Source: Alphaproteobacteria bacterium
GTDB lineage: Bacteria; Pseudomonadota; Alphaproteobacteria; JAAXGF01
DNA length: 64,000 nucleotides
Assembly (NCBI GenBank): GCA_963555825.3
Contig: CAUVXB020000001.1
Span: 1,856,001-1,920,000, forward strand
Direction of reading: 5' to 3'
The translations under genes and the position numbers were made by a program. Below are positions 20,876-31,447 of this stretch, one piece after another. The notes below the pieces were generated by a model that saw nothing but the letters and a program-made list of their open reading frames with translations, ran no database searches and was not told the DNA's origin. The number at the start of each line of letters is the position of its first letter. The stretch's first letter is position 1.

Positions 20876-21040
20876 CTATTCGCCGCTGTCATCGCGCCTT
20901 AGCCTGTATCTGCGCCACTTCGCCTCGGCCACGAAGACAACAACGAACACGACAGCAATCGCCAGCAGGATCAGTGGCCCTAGGCTCCCCACCGAATCTA
21001 CGCCACTCGCGCCATGTGCCAACGCTGGCGAAATCAACAT
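20876..21040 (-). CDS. 54-aa single-TM protein (not in ORF track)
   Basis: AAGAGG RBS; MLISPALAHG...LILLAIAVVFVVVFVAEAKWRRYRLRR. Confidence 0.55.
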   Translation of the reverse strand: MLISPALAHGASGVDSVGSLGPLILLAIAVVFVVVFVAEAKWRRYRLRRDDSGE

Positions 21041-21139
21041 TCCGTCCTCTTAAAAGCAGCCTGGCGGGATGCTACCGCGAACACGGCGACGTGGCGATGT
21101 GTTCCAGCCGGTCGGCGAGGTCGTGCCTGGCGTTAGAGG

Positions 21140-21493
21140 CTAAGATCCCGTCGCGAAGAAGGTGCCCCGCGTGAAGAAGGTGTAGTCCGATTCGAACGTC
21201 ATCATGGCGACAAATATCAACACCAAAATCGGCGGGATCAAAATGGCATAGGTCAGGGCCAGCCGCTCCCAGCGTATGTGCATGAAGAAGGCGACGATCA
21301 GCCCGGCCTTCAACATCATGAACACGAGGATCAGAGTCCACCTGAGGTAACCCTGGAGGTGGAAATAATCGACGGCATACGAAAACCCGCTGAGAACGAA
21401 CAGTAGTCCCCAGACCGTGAAATAAATCCCGATCGGATGCTGTTGGCCCTCTCCGTGCTGGACCGCTGCCTGTTGGCCTTCTGCGTGCGCCAT
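21140..21493 (-). CDS. Cytochrome c oxidase subunit IV family protein
   Basis: QQHPIGIY..VWGLLF, KAGLIVAFFMH. Confidence 0.85.
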   Translation of the reverse strand: MAHAEGQQAAVQHGEGQQHPIGIYFTVWGLLFVLSGFSYAVDYFHLQGYLRWTLILVFMMLKAGLIVAFFMHIRWERLALTYAILIPPILVLIFVAMMTFESDYTFFTRGTFFATGS

Positions 21494-21501
21494 GTCGCCC
21501 T

Positions 21502-22227
21502 CTACCATAGATAAAATACTGCGAAGATGAAGACCCACACCAGATCGACGAAGTGCCAGTAGAGCCCCATGATTTCGACGCCCTCGTAGTGGCCTTTCCG
21601 GCTGGTGAAGAAGCCAGGCGTTTGGCGGTCGAAGTCGCCGCGCCAAACTTTGCGAGCCGTGAGGATCAGGAAGATCACGCCGATCGAAACGTGTAAGCCG
21701 TGGAACCCCGTGATCATGAAGAAGCTCGAACCGAACTGTGCCGCGCCAAACGGGTTGCTCCAGGGGCGCACCCCCTCCTCGACGATCAGCTTGGTCCACT
21801 CGAAGGCCTGCATGCCGACGAAGGTGGCGCCAAAGGCCGCGGTCGCCAACATCAGAAGCGCCGATTTAACGCGATCGCGCAGATAGCCGAACCGGACGGC
21901 CATGGCCATCGTCCCGCTGCTGCTGATCAGGATGAAGGTCATGATGGCGATCAGGATGAGCGGGATCGGTTCGCCGCCGAAGCTCAGGGCGAAGATCTCA
22001 CTGGGGTTGGGCCACGGCACCGTGGTCGACATCCGCACCGACATGTACGAGAGCAAGAAGCAGGTGAAGATGAATGTGTCGCTGACGAGGAAGATCCACA
22101 TCATCGCCTTGCCCCAGGGGACGCCCTTGAACGCCCGCTGGTCGGACGACCAGTCGGCGACGATGCCTTGCACACCGTCCGGCCGCGCGAGGCCTTCGCC
22201 CGTGGTTATCGTCGCAGGTTGTGCCAT
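21502..22227 (-). CDS. coxP: Heme-copper oxidase subunit III (CoxP-type)
   Basis: MWIFLVSD, ITGFHGLHV, GLYWHFVDLVW. Confidence 0.88.
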   Translation of the reverse strand: MAQPATITTGEGLARPDGVQGIVADWSSDQRAFKGVPWGKAMMWIFLVSDTFIFTCFLLSYMSVRMSTTVPWPNPSEIFALSFGGEPIPLILIAIMTFILISSSGTMAMAVRFGYLRDRVKSALLMLATAAFGATFVGMQAFEWTKLIVEEGVRPWSNPFGAAQFGSSFFMITGFHGLHVSIGVIFLILTARKVWRGDFDRQTPGFFTSRKGHYEGVEIMGLYWHFVDLVWVFIFAVFYLW

Positions 22228-22243
22228 GTGCCCCTCTACCTCT

Positions 22244-22858
22244 TTACGTAAGCAACATCAAAGCAAACACGATCAGCCACACCGCCAACAGAAAGTGCCA
22301 GTAGATGGCGCAAAGCTCGACGCTCGCGCCGAGCCTGGCGATCTCGTACCCGCGCCTAAGCTTGCCCATGGTCCTGGCCCAGGCGACCAGGCCGCCCAAC
22401 AGATGCAGCCCGTGCAGCCCGGTGATCAGGTAAAAGAAGGCATTGGCCGGGTTTTCCGAGGCGTAATAGCCAAGCGTCAACAACTGTTGCCACGCCGCGA
22501 GCTGTCCGACGAGGAAGACGGCGACCAGTGCGCCGCCGGCAAGCATGCCCGTCCGCAGGCCGTCGATGTCGCCCCGGCGCGCGTTCATCACTGCCCAGTG
22601 CAAGGCGATACTGCTCAGAATCAGCACGGCGGTGTTGGGCCACAACAGCCACGGCTCATGCAGCGGGCGCCAGTCGCCCAGCCCCATCCGCCCGGCGTAG
22701 GTCACGACCAGCAGGGAGAAGATGACCGCGACCACCGCGAGGAGGACCTTCAGCCCGAGATATGCCGGCGGCAGAACCTCGCCGTCGCCGACGCCAGGGT
22801 CGACGATCTCACCCTCAACCTCCCAGGGCTTTTCGGTCAGTGCTTCGAACAGGTTCAC
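22244..22858 (-). CDS. coxO: Heme-copper oxidase subunit III (CoxO-type)
   Basis: TGLHGLHL, YWHFL. Confidence 0.85.
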   Translation of the reverse strand: MNLFEALTEKPWEVEGEIVDPGVGDGEVLPPAYLGLKVLLAVVAVIFSLLVVTYAGRMGLGDWRPLHEPWLLWPNTAVLILSSIALHWAVMNARRGDIDGLRTGMLAGGALVAVFLVGQLAAWQQLLTLGYYASENPANAFFYLITGLHGLHLLGGLVAWARTMGKLRRGYEIARLGASVELCAIYWHFLLAVWLIVFALMLLT

Positions 22859-22906
22859 GTCTCTGCCGTCTTGGTCGAAATGGCCGTCCCAATCATCGCT
22901 CGGCCC

Positions 22907-24709
22907 CTATTCGGCTGGCTGCGACGCGAGCTCTTCCTGGTCACCGCCGCTCACCTCCGACCCGGTGGGCGGGACGTTCTGCGGCACGAAATCCTCGGCG
23001 GCACCGGGTACGCCGTAGGCATAGGCCCAGCGGTAGACCACCGGGGGCTCGGCGCCGAAGTTGCCGTGGCCGGGCGGAAATTCCGCCGTCTGCCACTCCA
23101 GCGTGGTGGCCTTCCATGGGTTGCGCTCCGAGGCCTTGCCTCTCAATGCGCTCGAGATCATGTTGTACAGGAACACCATTTGAGCGAGGCCGACGATCAA
23201 GACGATGACGGTGACGAACGCGTTGAGCGTGCCCACCGATTCGGGGATGAACGTCGTGTCGCCCATTTCGTAATAGCGGCGCGGCACACCGAGGAAACCC
23301 AAGTAGTGGATCGGCAGGAAGATCGCATAGGCGCCGATGAAGGTGACCCAGAAATGGAACCTGCCCATGCCCTCGTGGAACATTTTCCCGGTGATCAGGG
23401 GGAACCAATGGTAGACCGCCCCGAATACGACCATGAGCGGCGCCACGCCCATCACCATATGGAAGTGGGCGACGACGAACATGGTATCCGATAGCGGCAC
23501 GTCGACGACGACGTTGCCGAGGAACAGGCCGGTAATCCCGCCGTTCACGAATGTGACGATGAAGGCCAGCGCGAACAGCATCGGAACCGTCAGATTGATG
23601 TTGCCCTTCCACAGGGTCAGCGTCCAGTTGTAGACCTTGAGGGCGGTCGGAACAGCGATGATGAGCGTGGTGGTGGCGAAGAAGAAGCCGAACCACGGGT
23701 TCATGCCGCTGACGTACATGTGGTGCGCCCAAACCACGAAGCTGAGGCCGCCGATCGCCACGATCGCCCAAACCATCATCCGATAGCCGAAGATATGCCT
23801 TCTCGCATGGACACTGAGCAGGTCGGAGACGATGCCGAAGGCCGGCAGGGCGACGATGTAGACCTCGGGGTGACCGAAGAACCAGAACAGGTGCTGGAAC
23901 AAGATAGGGCTGCCGCCATCGTACGCCAGCGATTCGCCGAACTCGAGCATGGCGGGCATGAAGAAGCTGGTGCCCAGGACGCTGTCGAACGTCATCATCA
24001 CGGCGCCGACGAACAGGGCGGGGAAGGCCAACAGCGCCAGCACCGTGGCCGTGAAAATGCCCCAGATCGTCAAGGGCATGCGCATCAGCGTCATGCCCCG
24101 CGTGCGCGCCTGCAGCACCGTCACCACGTAGTTCAGCCCGCCCATGGTGAAGCCGACGATAAAGAGCGCCAGGGAAATCAACATCAACAGGATTCCCCCC
24201 TCAGCCCCGGGCGTGCCCGAGAGGATGGCCTGGGGAGGATAAAGTGTCCAGCCGGCCCCGGTCGGCCCGCCGGGCACGAACCAGCTCGCCACCAGCACCA
24301 AAACGGCAAGCAGGTAGACCCAGTAGCTGATCATGTTCACATAGGGGAAGACCATGTCGCGGGCGCCGACCATCAGCGGGATGAGATAGTTGCCGAAGCC
24401 GCCAAGGAACAGCGCCGTGAGCAGGTAGATCACCATGATCATGCCGTGCATGGTGATGAACTGGTAGTAGTCGGTCGGGTCGATGAAGTCGAAGCTGTCA
24501 GGGAATCCCAGTTGCAGCCGCATCAGCCACGACAGGACCAGGGCGACCAATCCGATCGCGAATGCGGTGAACGAGTACTGGATGGCGATGACCTTGGCGT
24601 CCTGGCTGAAGACGTACTTGGTTATAAAGCTCTTCGCATGGTAGAGCTCGACGTCCTCGACCTCCGCGGGCGCGACGAATTCGACTTCGTCGGGTGCGAC
24701 AGTGACCAT
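22907..24709 (-). CDS. coxN: Cytochrome c oxidase subunit I (A1-type, CoxN)
   Basis: TMHG, GWTLYPP, WFFGHPEVY, WAHHM, AHFH, PRRY. Confidence 0.95.
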   Translation of the reverse strand: MVTVAPDEVEFVAPAEVEDVELYHAKSFITKYVFSQDAKVIAIQYSFTAFAIGLVALVLSWLMRLQLGFPDSFDFIDPTDYYQFITMHGMIMVIYLLTALFLGGFGNYLIPLMVGARDMVFPYVNMISYWVYLLAVLVLVASWFVPGGPTGAGWTLYPPQAILSGTPGAEGGILLMLISLALFIVGFTMGGLNYVVTVLQARTRGMTLMRMPLTIWGIFTATVLALLAFPALFVGAVMMTFDSVLGTSFFMPAMLEFGESLAYDGGSPILFQHLFWFFGHPEVYIVALPAFGIVSDLLSVHARRHIFGYRMMVWAIVAIGGLSFVVWAHHMYVSGMNPWFGFFFATTTLIIAVPTALKVYNWTLTLWKGNINLTVPMLFALAFIVTFVNGGITGLFLGNVVVDVPLSDTMFVVAHFHMVMGVAPLMVVFGAVYHWFPLITGKMFHEGMGRFHFWVTFIGAYAIFLPIHYLGFLGVPRRYYEMGDTTFIPESVGTLNAFVTVIVLIVGLAQMVFLYNMISSALRGKASERNPWKATTLEWQTAEFPPGHGNFGAEPPVVYRWAYAYGVPGAAEDFVPQNVPPTGSEVSGGDQEELASQPAE

Positions 24710-24758
24710 TACTTCACCCTCTCCGTATTTCTCTCTTCAGATATCATCGGCTGGCCGC

Positions 24759-25643
24759 TCATTGCATGACCGCGCTTTCCATGGCGCCCGCCTTGCTCTC
24801 GGTGAGGCGCAGTTCGGGGCCGCCGGTCTCGTCGGTCGCAGCTTCGGCCATCAGCTCTGCGAACGTCGACTGCTCCTGCAGCCATTCCCGATAGTCCGCC
24901 TCCTCGTCGACCACGACGGTGCCGCGCATGTTATAGTGACCGACGCCGCACAACTCGAAGCAAAGGATGTCGAACGTTCCGGTCCGGGTCGGGGTAAGCC
25001 AGAAATAAGTGATCGAGCCCGGAACCATATCCATTTTGGCACGGAATTCAGGCACGTAGAAGTCGTGCAGGACGTCGACGGAGCGGAGCAATACCTTGAC
25101 TGGCTGGCCCAACAGCAGGTGCAGGTCGTCGCCCTCGATCAGGATGTCGTCCTGCCCATTGGCGTCTTTCGGGTTCAAGCCGAAGGTGTTGTCGCCATCG
25201 AAGTTGGCGATGCTGGTCGTGCCCAGCAAGCCGTCCTCTCCGGGATAGCGAAAACTCCACTGCCACTGCTGGCCGACAACCTCCAATTCGACGGCCTCTT
25301 CGGGCACCGTGACGAATTGATTCCAGACGAACAGGCCGGGCGTCAGCATGACCACGACGCCGACCGAGGTCAGCACCGTGAGCCAGACCTCCAGCTTGGT
25401 GTTCTCGGGTTGGTAGTCCGCCCGCTGTCCCTTCTTGTGCCGGTAGCGAATTATGCAATACGCCATGAACAAAATAACGGCGATGAAAACCACCCCGGTG
25501 ACCCAGAACGTGATGATGATGGTGTCGTCGATGTAACCCCAATTCGAGGCGATGGGCGTCCACCACCACCCAATCGTGGGAGCCAGAAAGTGGAACACGA
25601 CCGTGCCAACGGCGACCAAAATCAGCATAATCGCTACATGCAT
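24759..25643 (-). CDS. coxM: Cytochrome c oxidase subunit II (CoxM)
   Basis: QWQW, DVLHDF and CuA motif CFELCGVGHYNM. Confidence 0.93.
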   Translation of the reverse strand: MHVAIMLILVAVGTVVFHFLAPTIGWWWTPIASNWGYIDDTIIITFWVTGVVFIAVILFMAYCIIRYRHKKGQRADYQPENTKLEVWLTVLTSVGVVVMLTPGLFVWNQFVTVPEEAVELEVVGQQWQWSFRYPGEDGLLGTTSIANFDGDNTFGLNPKDANGQDDILIEGDDLHLLLGQPVKVLLRSVDVLHDFYVPEFRAKMDMVPGSITYFWLTPTRTGTFDILCFELCGVGHYNMRGTVVVDEEADYREWLQEQSTFAELMAEAATDETGGPELRLTESKAGAMESAVMQ

Positions 25644-25965
25644 TCGTCAATCATCCCAGGTTCATCGTACCGACAAGGTTTGGTTCAGCGAATGCGACAT
25701 CGTGGACATGAACGTCGCGCACCGCCTGACGCGCCGAATTCTGACACGCCCGAGTTCCACAATCAAGTTTTCTGCCGTCGGAAATCGCAACAGGAGGCCA
25801 TCCCATCCTTCGACCCGTCGTTCGGCAATAGGCACAGTGCCGGGCCGAACCCGGTTCCTATAACACATTCTTGATGACGCGAGTAAGAGGCGTTTGCACG
25901 CTGCTCGTATCTGTGTCATTTTTGGCGCCGCGACCGCCCGAATCGGCGGTTCGGGAGGCACGATC

Positions 25966-26802
25966 ATGACGAATGAAGACGCGACGGTCGACACGGCTGC
26001 GAGCTCCGCTCAACCGGTTATCCACACGATTGGGCCGCGCGACGTTAGAGACGCTATCGTCAAGGGCATCGCCGACTTCGAGGCGATGCCAACCCACGTA
26101 ATTTTCCTTTGCTTGATCTATCCCTTCGTCATGATCGTTATCGCCAGGGTTTACGCTGGATACGACGTGCTGCCGTTGGTCTTCCCATTCCTTACCGGAT
26201 ACACCTTGATCGGCCCGTTGGTCGCGATCGGCATGTACGAGTTGAGCCGACGTCGCGAGCAGGGTCTCGATACCTCCCGGGCGCATGCTTTCGACGTCAT
26301 CCGATTCGCGTCGATCGGGAGCATCGTGGCGCTCAGCGCCCTACTGATGCTGTTCTACATAGCCTGGTTGGGCATAGCTTGGACCATCTACCAGCTAAAC
26401 TTCGGCGGCGCGGCGCCGGAGTCGATCTTGGAGTTCGTCCTCCAAATCGTCGCCACCCCCGCCGGCTGGACGACCATATTCGTCGGCTGCGGCGCTGGGT
26501 TCATCTTCGCCACCGTGGCGTTCACCCTCAGCGTGGTGTCCTTTCCGATGCTCGTGGACCGGGACGTCGGCTTCGTGACGGCGGTTCAAACGTCGGTAAG
26601 AGCGGTTGCCGCGAACCCGGTTACCATGGGGATCTGGGCCTTCATCGTCGCCAGCGGCCTGTTGATCGGTTCCTTGCCCTTTTTCGTCGGCCTCGCCGTC
26701 GTGCTGCCGGTGCTCGGCCATGCGACCTGGCATCTGTATCGCAAGGTCGTGGCGCCCGGCGATCTCTCGGTCGATCAAGGCGAGACAGGCGTCACCGGCT
26801 GA
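25966..26802 (+). CDS. DUF2189-family membrane protein
   Basis: LIGPLVAIGMYELSRRRE, PVLGHATWHLYRK; divergent from the cox operon. Confidence 0.85.
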   Translation: MTNEDATVDTAASSAQPVIHTIGPRDVRDAIVKGIADFEAMPTHVIFLCLIYPFVMIVIARVYAGYDVLPLVFPFLTGYTLIGPLVAIGMYELSRRREQGLDTSRAHAFDVIRFASIGSIVALSALLMLFYIAWLGIAWTIYQLNFGGAAPESILEFVLQIVATPAGWTTIFVGCGAGFIFATVAFTLSVVSFPMLVDRDVGFVTAVQTSVRAVAANPVTMGIWAFIVASGLLIGSLPFFVGLAVVLPVLGHATWHLYRKVVAPGDLSVDQGETGVTG

Positions 26803-26936
26803 ACAGGCCGCGGCGCGCTGCATCTCCAGACTTCCTACAGAGAAGCCGCGCCCTTGGTTCTCCAGTCGCTCGATTGCCCGCTGTTGACATCCAGCGTTCG
26901 GCATATACCGTTTGCGGCAAGGTCTGGAATGCCGCG

Positions 26937-27155
26937 ATGAGCCCAAAAAGACGATCGCTCTTGCTGGCAGTGATCGGCGGCATGATGGCTGCCGCCTACC
27001 TGGACGTCGAAGGCATCGTCGATCTGAGTTTCGGGTTCCCGCAAGGTGGTGTCGTCGCCGGTGCGCTCATGGCGATCACCGGCGCCGCGGCGGGCTGCGG
27101 GGTAATGCTCTCTTTCCGCAAGCTGCGCGGTCTCGTGACCCGTACCAAGAGGTAG
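26937..27155 (+). CDS. Small two-TM hypothetical protein
   Basis: MSPKRRSLLLAVIGG...; two hydrophobic helices with basic ends. Confidence 0.5.
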   Translation: MSPKRRSLLLAVIGGMMAAAYLDVEGIVDLSFGFPQGGVVAGALMAITGAAAGCGVMLSFRKLRGLVTRTKR

Positions 27156-27283
27156 CGGCCCGCCGAGCCGGCTGCCGCCATTGACGCATCGGCGTCGCGG
27201 CCTTAGGTTGGTTCGCTGATTGCCTCGGCGGGGGTTCGTCGATTCGAGGCAGTGAAACCGAATTTGAATGGGGTCTGGCTGAG

Positions 27284-27394
27284 ATGGCGGAAGCGTTTGA
27301 ACATAAGAATGTGGGATTGGTGGCAGGAATAATTGGATGCGTTGTCCTCGTGTTAGGATTTGCGGGGGTATTGATGAATCTCTTTATTACGTAG
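27284..27394 (+). CDS. 36-aa single-TM peptide (not in ORF track)
   Basis: MAEAFEHKNVGLVAGIIGCVVLVLGFAGVLMNLFIT; lower GC. Confidence 0.4.
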   Translation: MAEAFEHKNVGLVAGIIGCVVLVLGFAGVLMNLFIT

Positions 27395-27470
27395 TTACTT
27401 CGTCCTCCGCATGGGCCCGCACCCTTCCTCTCAAAAGGCCCATATCTAAATTCCGCCTGGACCGATTTTC

Positions 27471-27489
27471 GGGGGGGGGGGGGGGGGGG
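27471..27489 (+). repeat. Poly-G tract (about 19 nt)
   Basis: Direct read. Confidence 0.9.
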
Positions 27490-29041
27490 CAGGTCGGGTC
27501 CTCGGAGATGGCCCGGGCCGCGCTAAAGTCGATGGGCACGGGCGTTCGCGAACGTCGCGTCTTGGTCGGCATCTGACAGACGTATTTTGGTGATTGCTTC
27601 GGGGCCTTGGCCAGAGCATCTGCGGGCATCGGCCGCGCCGAGCGAAAAGACTGAATTCGACGAGGATCGGCGGCTATGGCTTGGCGGCGTTCATGACCGT
27701 AGTTCTTATTGTCCTTGGCATTCTCGTGGGCGTCCTCATGGCCGTAATTCTGCCGTGGGCGTTGTTGCGAAAACTGGAGGGCAAAGACAACGGCAAGGAA
27801 GAAAGGTGAGGGCCTGGTCGGCTCGATCCGCCGACCGGTTGTTTCGTGGCCGTTCCTCGACATTCACACCCAAATTTCCCAGCGGCGCCAACGAGGTGTA
27901 ATCTCCTCCTCCTAGGGGGCACCGAATGCGCCGCTACCTCGTCGCCACGATCCTACTCCTCGCTCTCACCGGGACCGCCCACGCGGCCACTCCCAGCGAT
28001 GCGTCCGCGTCCGAGCGCCGCACCGCCCTCGTCATCGGCAACAGCGACTACGAGCTGATCAGCCCGCTCAGGAACCCCGTGAACGACGCCCGGGCGATGG
28101 CGCGGGTGCTGGGTGATCTCGGCTTCGAGGTGATCGCGAAGGAAAACCTGGACCAGAAGGAGATGAAGCGGGCGATCAGGGACTTCGGGAGGAAGCTCGG
28201 GCAAGGTGGTGTGGGCCTCTTCTACTACGCCGGTCACGGCATCGAAGTCGGCGGCGAGAACTTCATGGTTCCCTTCAACGCCCCAATCCAGTTCGAGGAT
28301 GATGTCGACGTGGAAGCAGTCAGCGTGAACCTCCTCCTGGCCAAGCTCGCCTCCGCCGCGAACCGCCTCAACATCGTCATCCTCGACGCCTGCCGCAACA
28401 ACCCCTATTCGCGCAGTTTCAGGAGCAGCGCCAGCGGCCTGGCAACCATGGATGCGCCGACGGGAACCTACATCGCTTACGCCGCTGCGCCTGGTCGAGT
28501 GGCCCTGGATGGCGAGGGGAACAACGGCCTTTACACGGGCGAGCTACTCAAGGCCCTGCCCCTCCCAGGCCTCAAGATCGAGGACGCGTTCAAGCGAGTG
28601 CGCGTGGCGGTGCAGGACAAGTCCGGGACACAGCAGGTGCCGTGGGAGTCGTCGTCGTTGACGGGGGATTTCTATTTCAAAATTGACGTCTCGGTCACGG
28701 TGGAGGCACCCGAGACGCCTCAGGCAGCGCCGAAACCGGAAATCGTGCTGTGGCAGTCTATCGAGAACAGTGTCAATCCCGCAATGTTCGACGCCTATCT
28801 GCGGCAGTTCCCTGATGGCACCTTCGCTGACGTGGCGAGGCTCAAGCGCGACACTCTGATCGAAGCTGAGCAGAAGGAGACGCAAACGGCGGTTCTCGTG
28901 CCGCCTCCTGAGCCAAGCATCGTGGTCGAGGAAATGGACGCGACCTTCGTGGCGCTCAAGACCTCGAACGTCCGCGCCGAGCCGACGACGGGAGCCGAGC
29001 GTGTTGGGTGAGGTGGTCCCAGAAAATCGGACAGGGAGCTA

Positions 29042-30203
29042 ATACCAACGGCACTAATTATTGACCTGAAATCGCCCAATCTCTCATTCCGATGGACATG
29101 ATCGTCTCGGGCTGGTCGATTAGTTTGTTCCAGGCTTGGCAACCGGCCTCGATGATGGCGTCGTAATCTTCGAAGACGCGGTTAGAGAGCCAATTCTGGC
29201 GGAGGTATTGCCAGATGTTCTCGACCGGGTTCAGCTCGGGCGAGCGCGATGGCAGCAGGATGATGGTGAGGTTCTTGGGGACCTTGAGCTGGTCGGTGCT
29301 GTGCCACCCGGCGCGGTCCATCAGGACGACGCCATGGGCCTTGGCGGCGACGTTGCAGCTGATCTCGTCGAGATGCATCTGCATGGCGGCTGTGTTGGCG
29401 AAGGGGAGCATGAGAGCGGCACCCTTGGCTCCCATGGGACAGATTGCGCCAAAGAGGTAGGCGTTCGTGTAGCGCTGATCGGCGGGCAGGCGTGGCCTTG
29501 TTCCCTTCTTCGCCCAAATGCGCACACGCCCGTTCTTCTGTCCCAGCCTGGCCTCGTCTTGGAACCAGATCTCGACCCGCTTGGTCTTGGGCAGACCGGC
29601 TAGGTGGGCAGCGAGCGTGCGGGGGAAGTTTTTTTGAACGCCTCGATCACCCGCTGGTCCTGCTTGGGGTGCTGCGGCCGGGCGCTGATGTGGGAGAAGG
29701 ACAGCGCGACGAGAAGGTCGGAGATCGCCCGCTCGCTATAGATCACGCCAAAGCGTTCTTCGATCACCCGTTTCAGGTCAACCCGCCGCCAGCGAACCAC
29801 ACCGTCAATCTCTGGATCGGGGCCCGTTTCGACGATCACCGACAGTTCGCCCATCTGCTCGTCGGTCAAGAGCCGGGGGCGGCCCGCACCGGGACGGTTC
29901 TTCAAGCCGTCTGCCCCTTCATCGTTGAAGCGGTGCGCCCAGTCTCTCAGCGTCTGGCGATCCATGCCGCCGACCTTAGCGGCTTCCGCTCGGCTCATGC
30001 CGTCGTAAACCGCCGCCAAGGCCAAAAGCCGGCGAACTTGGCGGGGATCGCGACTGTGCTTGGCCAAACACCGGAGCTCAATGCTGTCGTAGTCGTCCCG
30101 AAGAGCAATGCATACTGACATGGCGAATCTCCTTCGCCAGCCTTGAATCACATCCAGCCCAAAAAGGGAATCCCTTGCGAGTCAGAATTTTGCGCCGTTG
30201 GTA
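29042..30203 (-). mobile_element. IS630-family element
   Basis: IRs taccaacggc / gccgttggta, TA on both sides; two ORFs (29600-30121 and 29058-~29633) joined at an A7 slippery run; WFQDEAR, DRAGWH, SPELNPVE. Confidence 0.92.
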
Positions 30204-30239
30204 TAAGGTGTATTCCACCGGATAACGGAGGAATACGAG

Positions 30240-30521
30240 ATGACGAATCGACGCCGGTTTACGGCGGAATTCAAGGCCCGGGTGGCGCTGGAAGCGCTGC
30301 GGGGCGACAAGACGATCCAGCAGATCGCGGCCAAGCACAAGGTGCATCCGAACCAGGTGAGCGCCTGGAAGCGCCAGGCGGTGGACGGTCTGGGCGAAGT
30401 GTTTTCGAACGGCGCCAACCGCGCTTGCCGGGATCATGAATCCGAGGTCCGCGACCTTCACGCCAAGATCGGCGAGCTGACGGTGGAACGGGATTTTTTA
30501 GCCAGAGGGCTCAAGCGATGA
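30240..30521 (+). CDS. IS3 OrfA
   Basis: RRRFTAEFKARVALEAL HTH; ERDFL end. Confidence 0.9.
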   Translation: MTNRRRFTAEFKARVALEALRGDKTIQQIAAKHKVHPNQVSAWKRQAVDGLGEVFSNGANRACRDHESEVRDLHAKIGELTVERDFLARGLKR

Positions 30522-31447
30522 GCCGGGGGGAGCGCAAGGCGATGATCACACGCGACGCCCCCGAGCTGAGCTTGAGCCGTCAATGCCGCCTGCTTTCGAT
30601 CGGCCGGTCCTCGTTCTATTATGCGCCCAGGGGGGAGAGCCCTTCGAGTCTGGCGCTGATGCGTCGGATCGACGAGTTGTTCATGAAGTACCCGTTCTAC
30701 GGCAGCCGCCAGATGGTCCGCCAGTTGCGGCGGGACGGCGTTTGCGTCGGCCGTCACCGGGTTCGCAGGTTGATGCGATTGATAGGCCTGGAGGCGATCT
30801 ATCAGGCGCCGAGAACCAGCGTGCCGCATCCCATGCACCGGATTTATCCTTATCTTCTCAAAGGGATGGCTATCGACCAGCCCAATCGGGTCTGGTGCGC
30901 CGACATCACCTATATCCCCGTCCAGCGTGGCTTTCTGTACCTGGTAGCGATCATGGACTGGGCGACGCGCCACGTTTTATCCTGGCGGCTGTCGAACACC
31001 ATGGACGCTGGATTCTGCGCCGAGGCCTTGGGCGACGCGCTGGCCCGCTACGGCCAGCCGGAGATATTCAATACGGATCAGGGCAGCCAGTTCACCAGCC
31101 TCGACTTCACCGGCGTGCTCAAGAACGCGAGCATCCGCATCTCCATGGACGGTCGGGGCCGCTGCATGGACAACATCTTCATCGAGCGCCTGTGGCGGTC
31201 TCTCAAGTATGAGGCGGTCTACCTACACGAGCTCACCGACGGCTTCCACGCCGAACGGGTCATCGGCGAGTGGATCGGCTTCTACAACACCGAGCGGCCC
31301 CATTCGTCCCTCGACGGTCAAACGCCGGCCGAGGCCTACGGGGCCGGTCAACCTGTGGATATGATGGACAAGGCTCGCGCCTTGCCCACATCCCCACAGG
31401 CTCAACAACAGCAACAGGATGTGATAAAAAGGATTTTGGCAGCATGA
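30518..31447 (+). CDS. IS3 OrfB (DDE transposase)
   Basis: WCADITY, NTDQGSQF, DNIFIERLWRSLKYE. Confidence 0.93.
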   Translation: MSRGERKAMITRDAPELSLSRQCRLLSIGRSSFYYAPRGESPSSLALMRRIDELFMKYPFYGSRQMVRQLRRDGVCVGRHRVRRLMRLIGLEAIYQAPRTSVPHPMHRIYPYLLKGMAIDQPNRVWCADITYIPVQRGFLYLVAIMDWATRHVLSWRLSNTMDAGFCAEALGDALARYGQPEIFNTDQGSQFTSLDFTGVLKNASIRISMDGRGRCMDNIFIERLWRSLKYEAVYLHELTDGFHAERVIGEWIGFYNTERPHSSLDGQTPAEAYGAGQPVDMMDKARALPTSPQAQQQQQDVIKRILAA

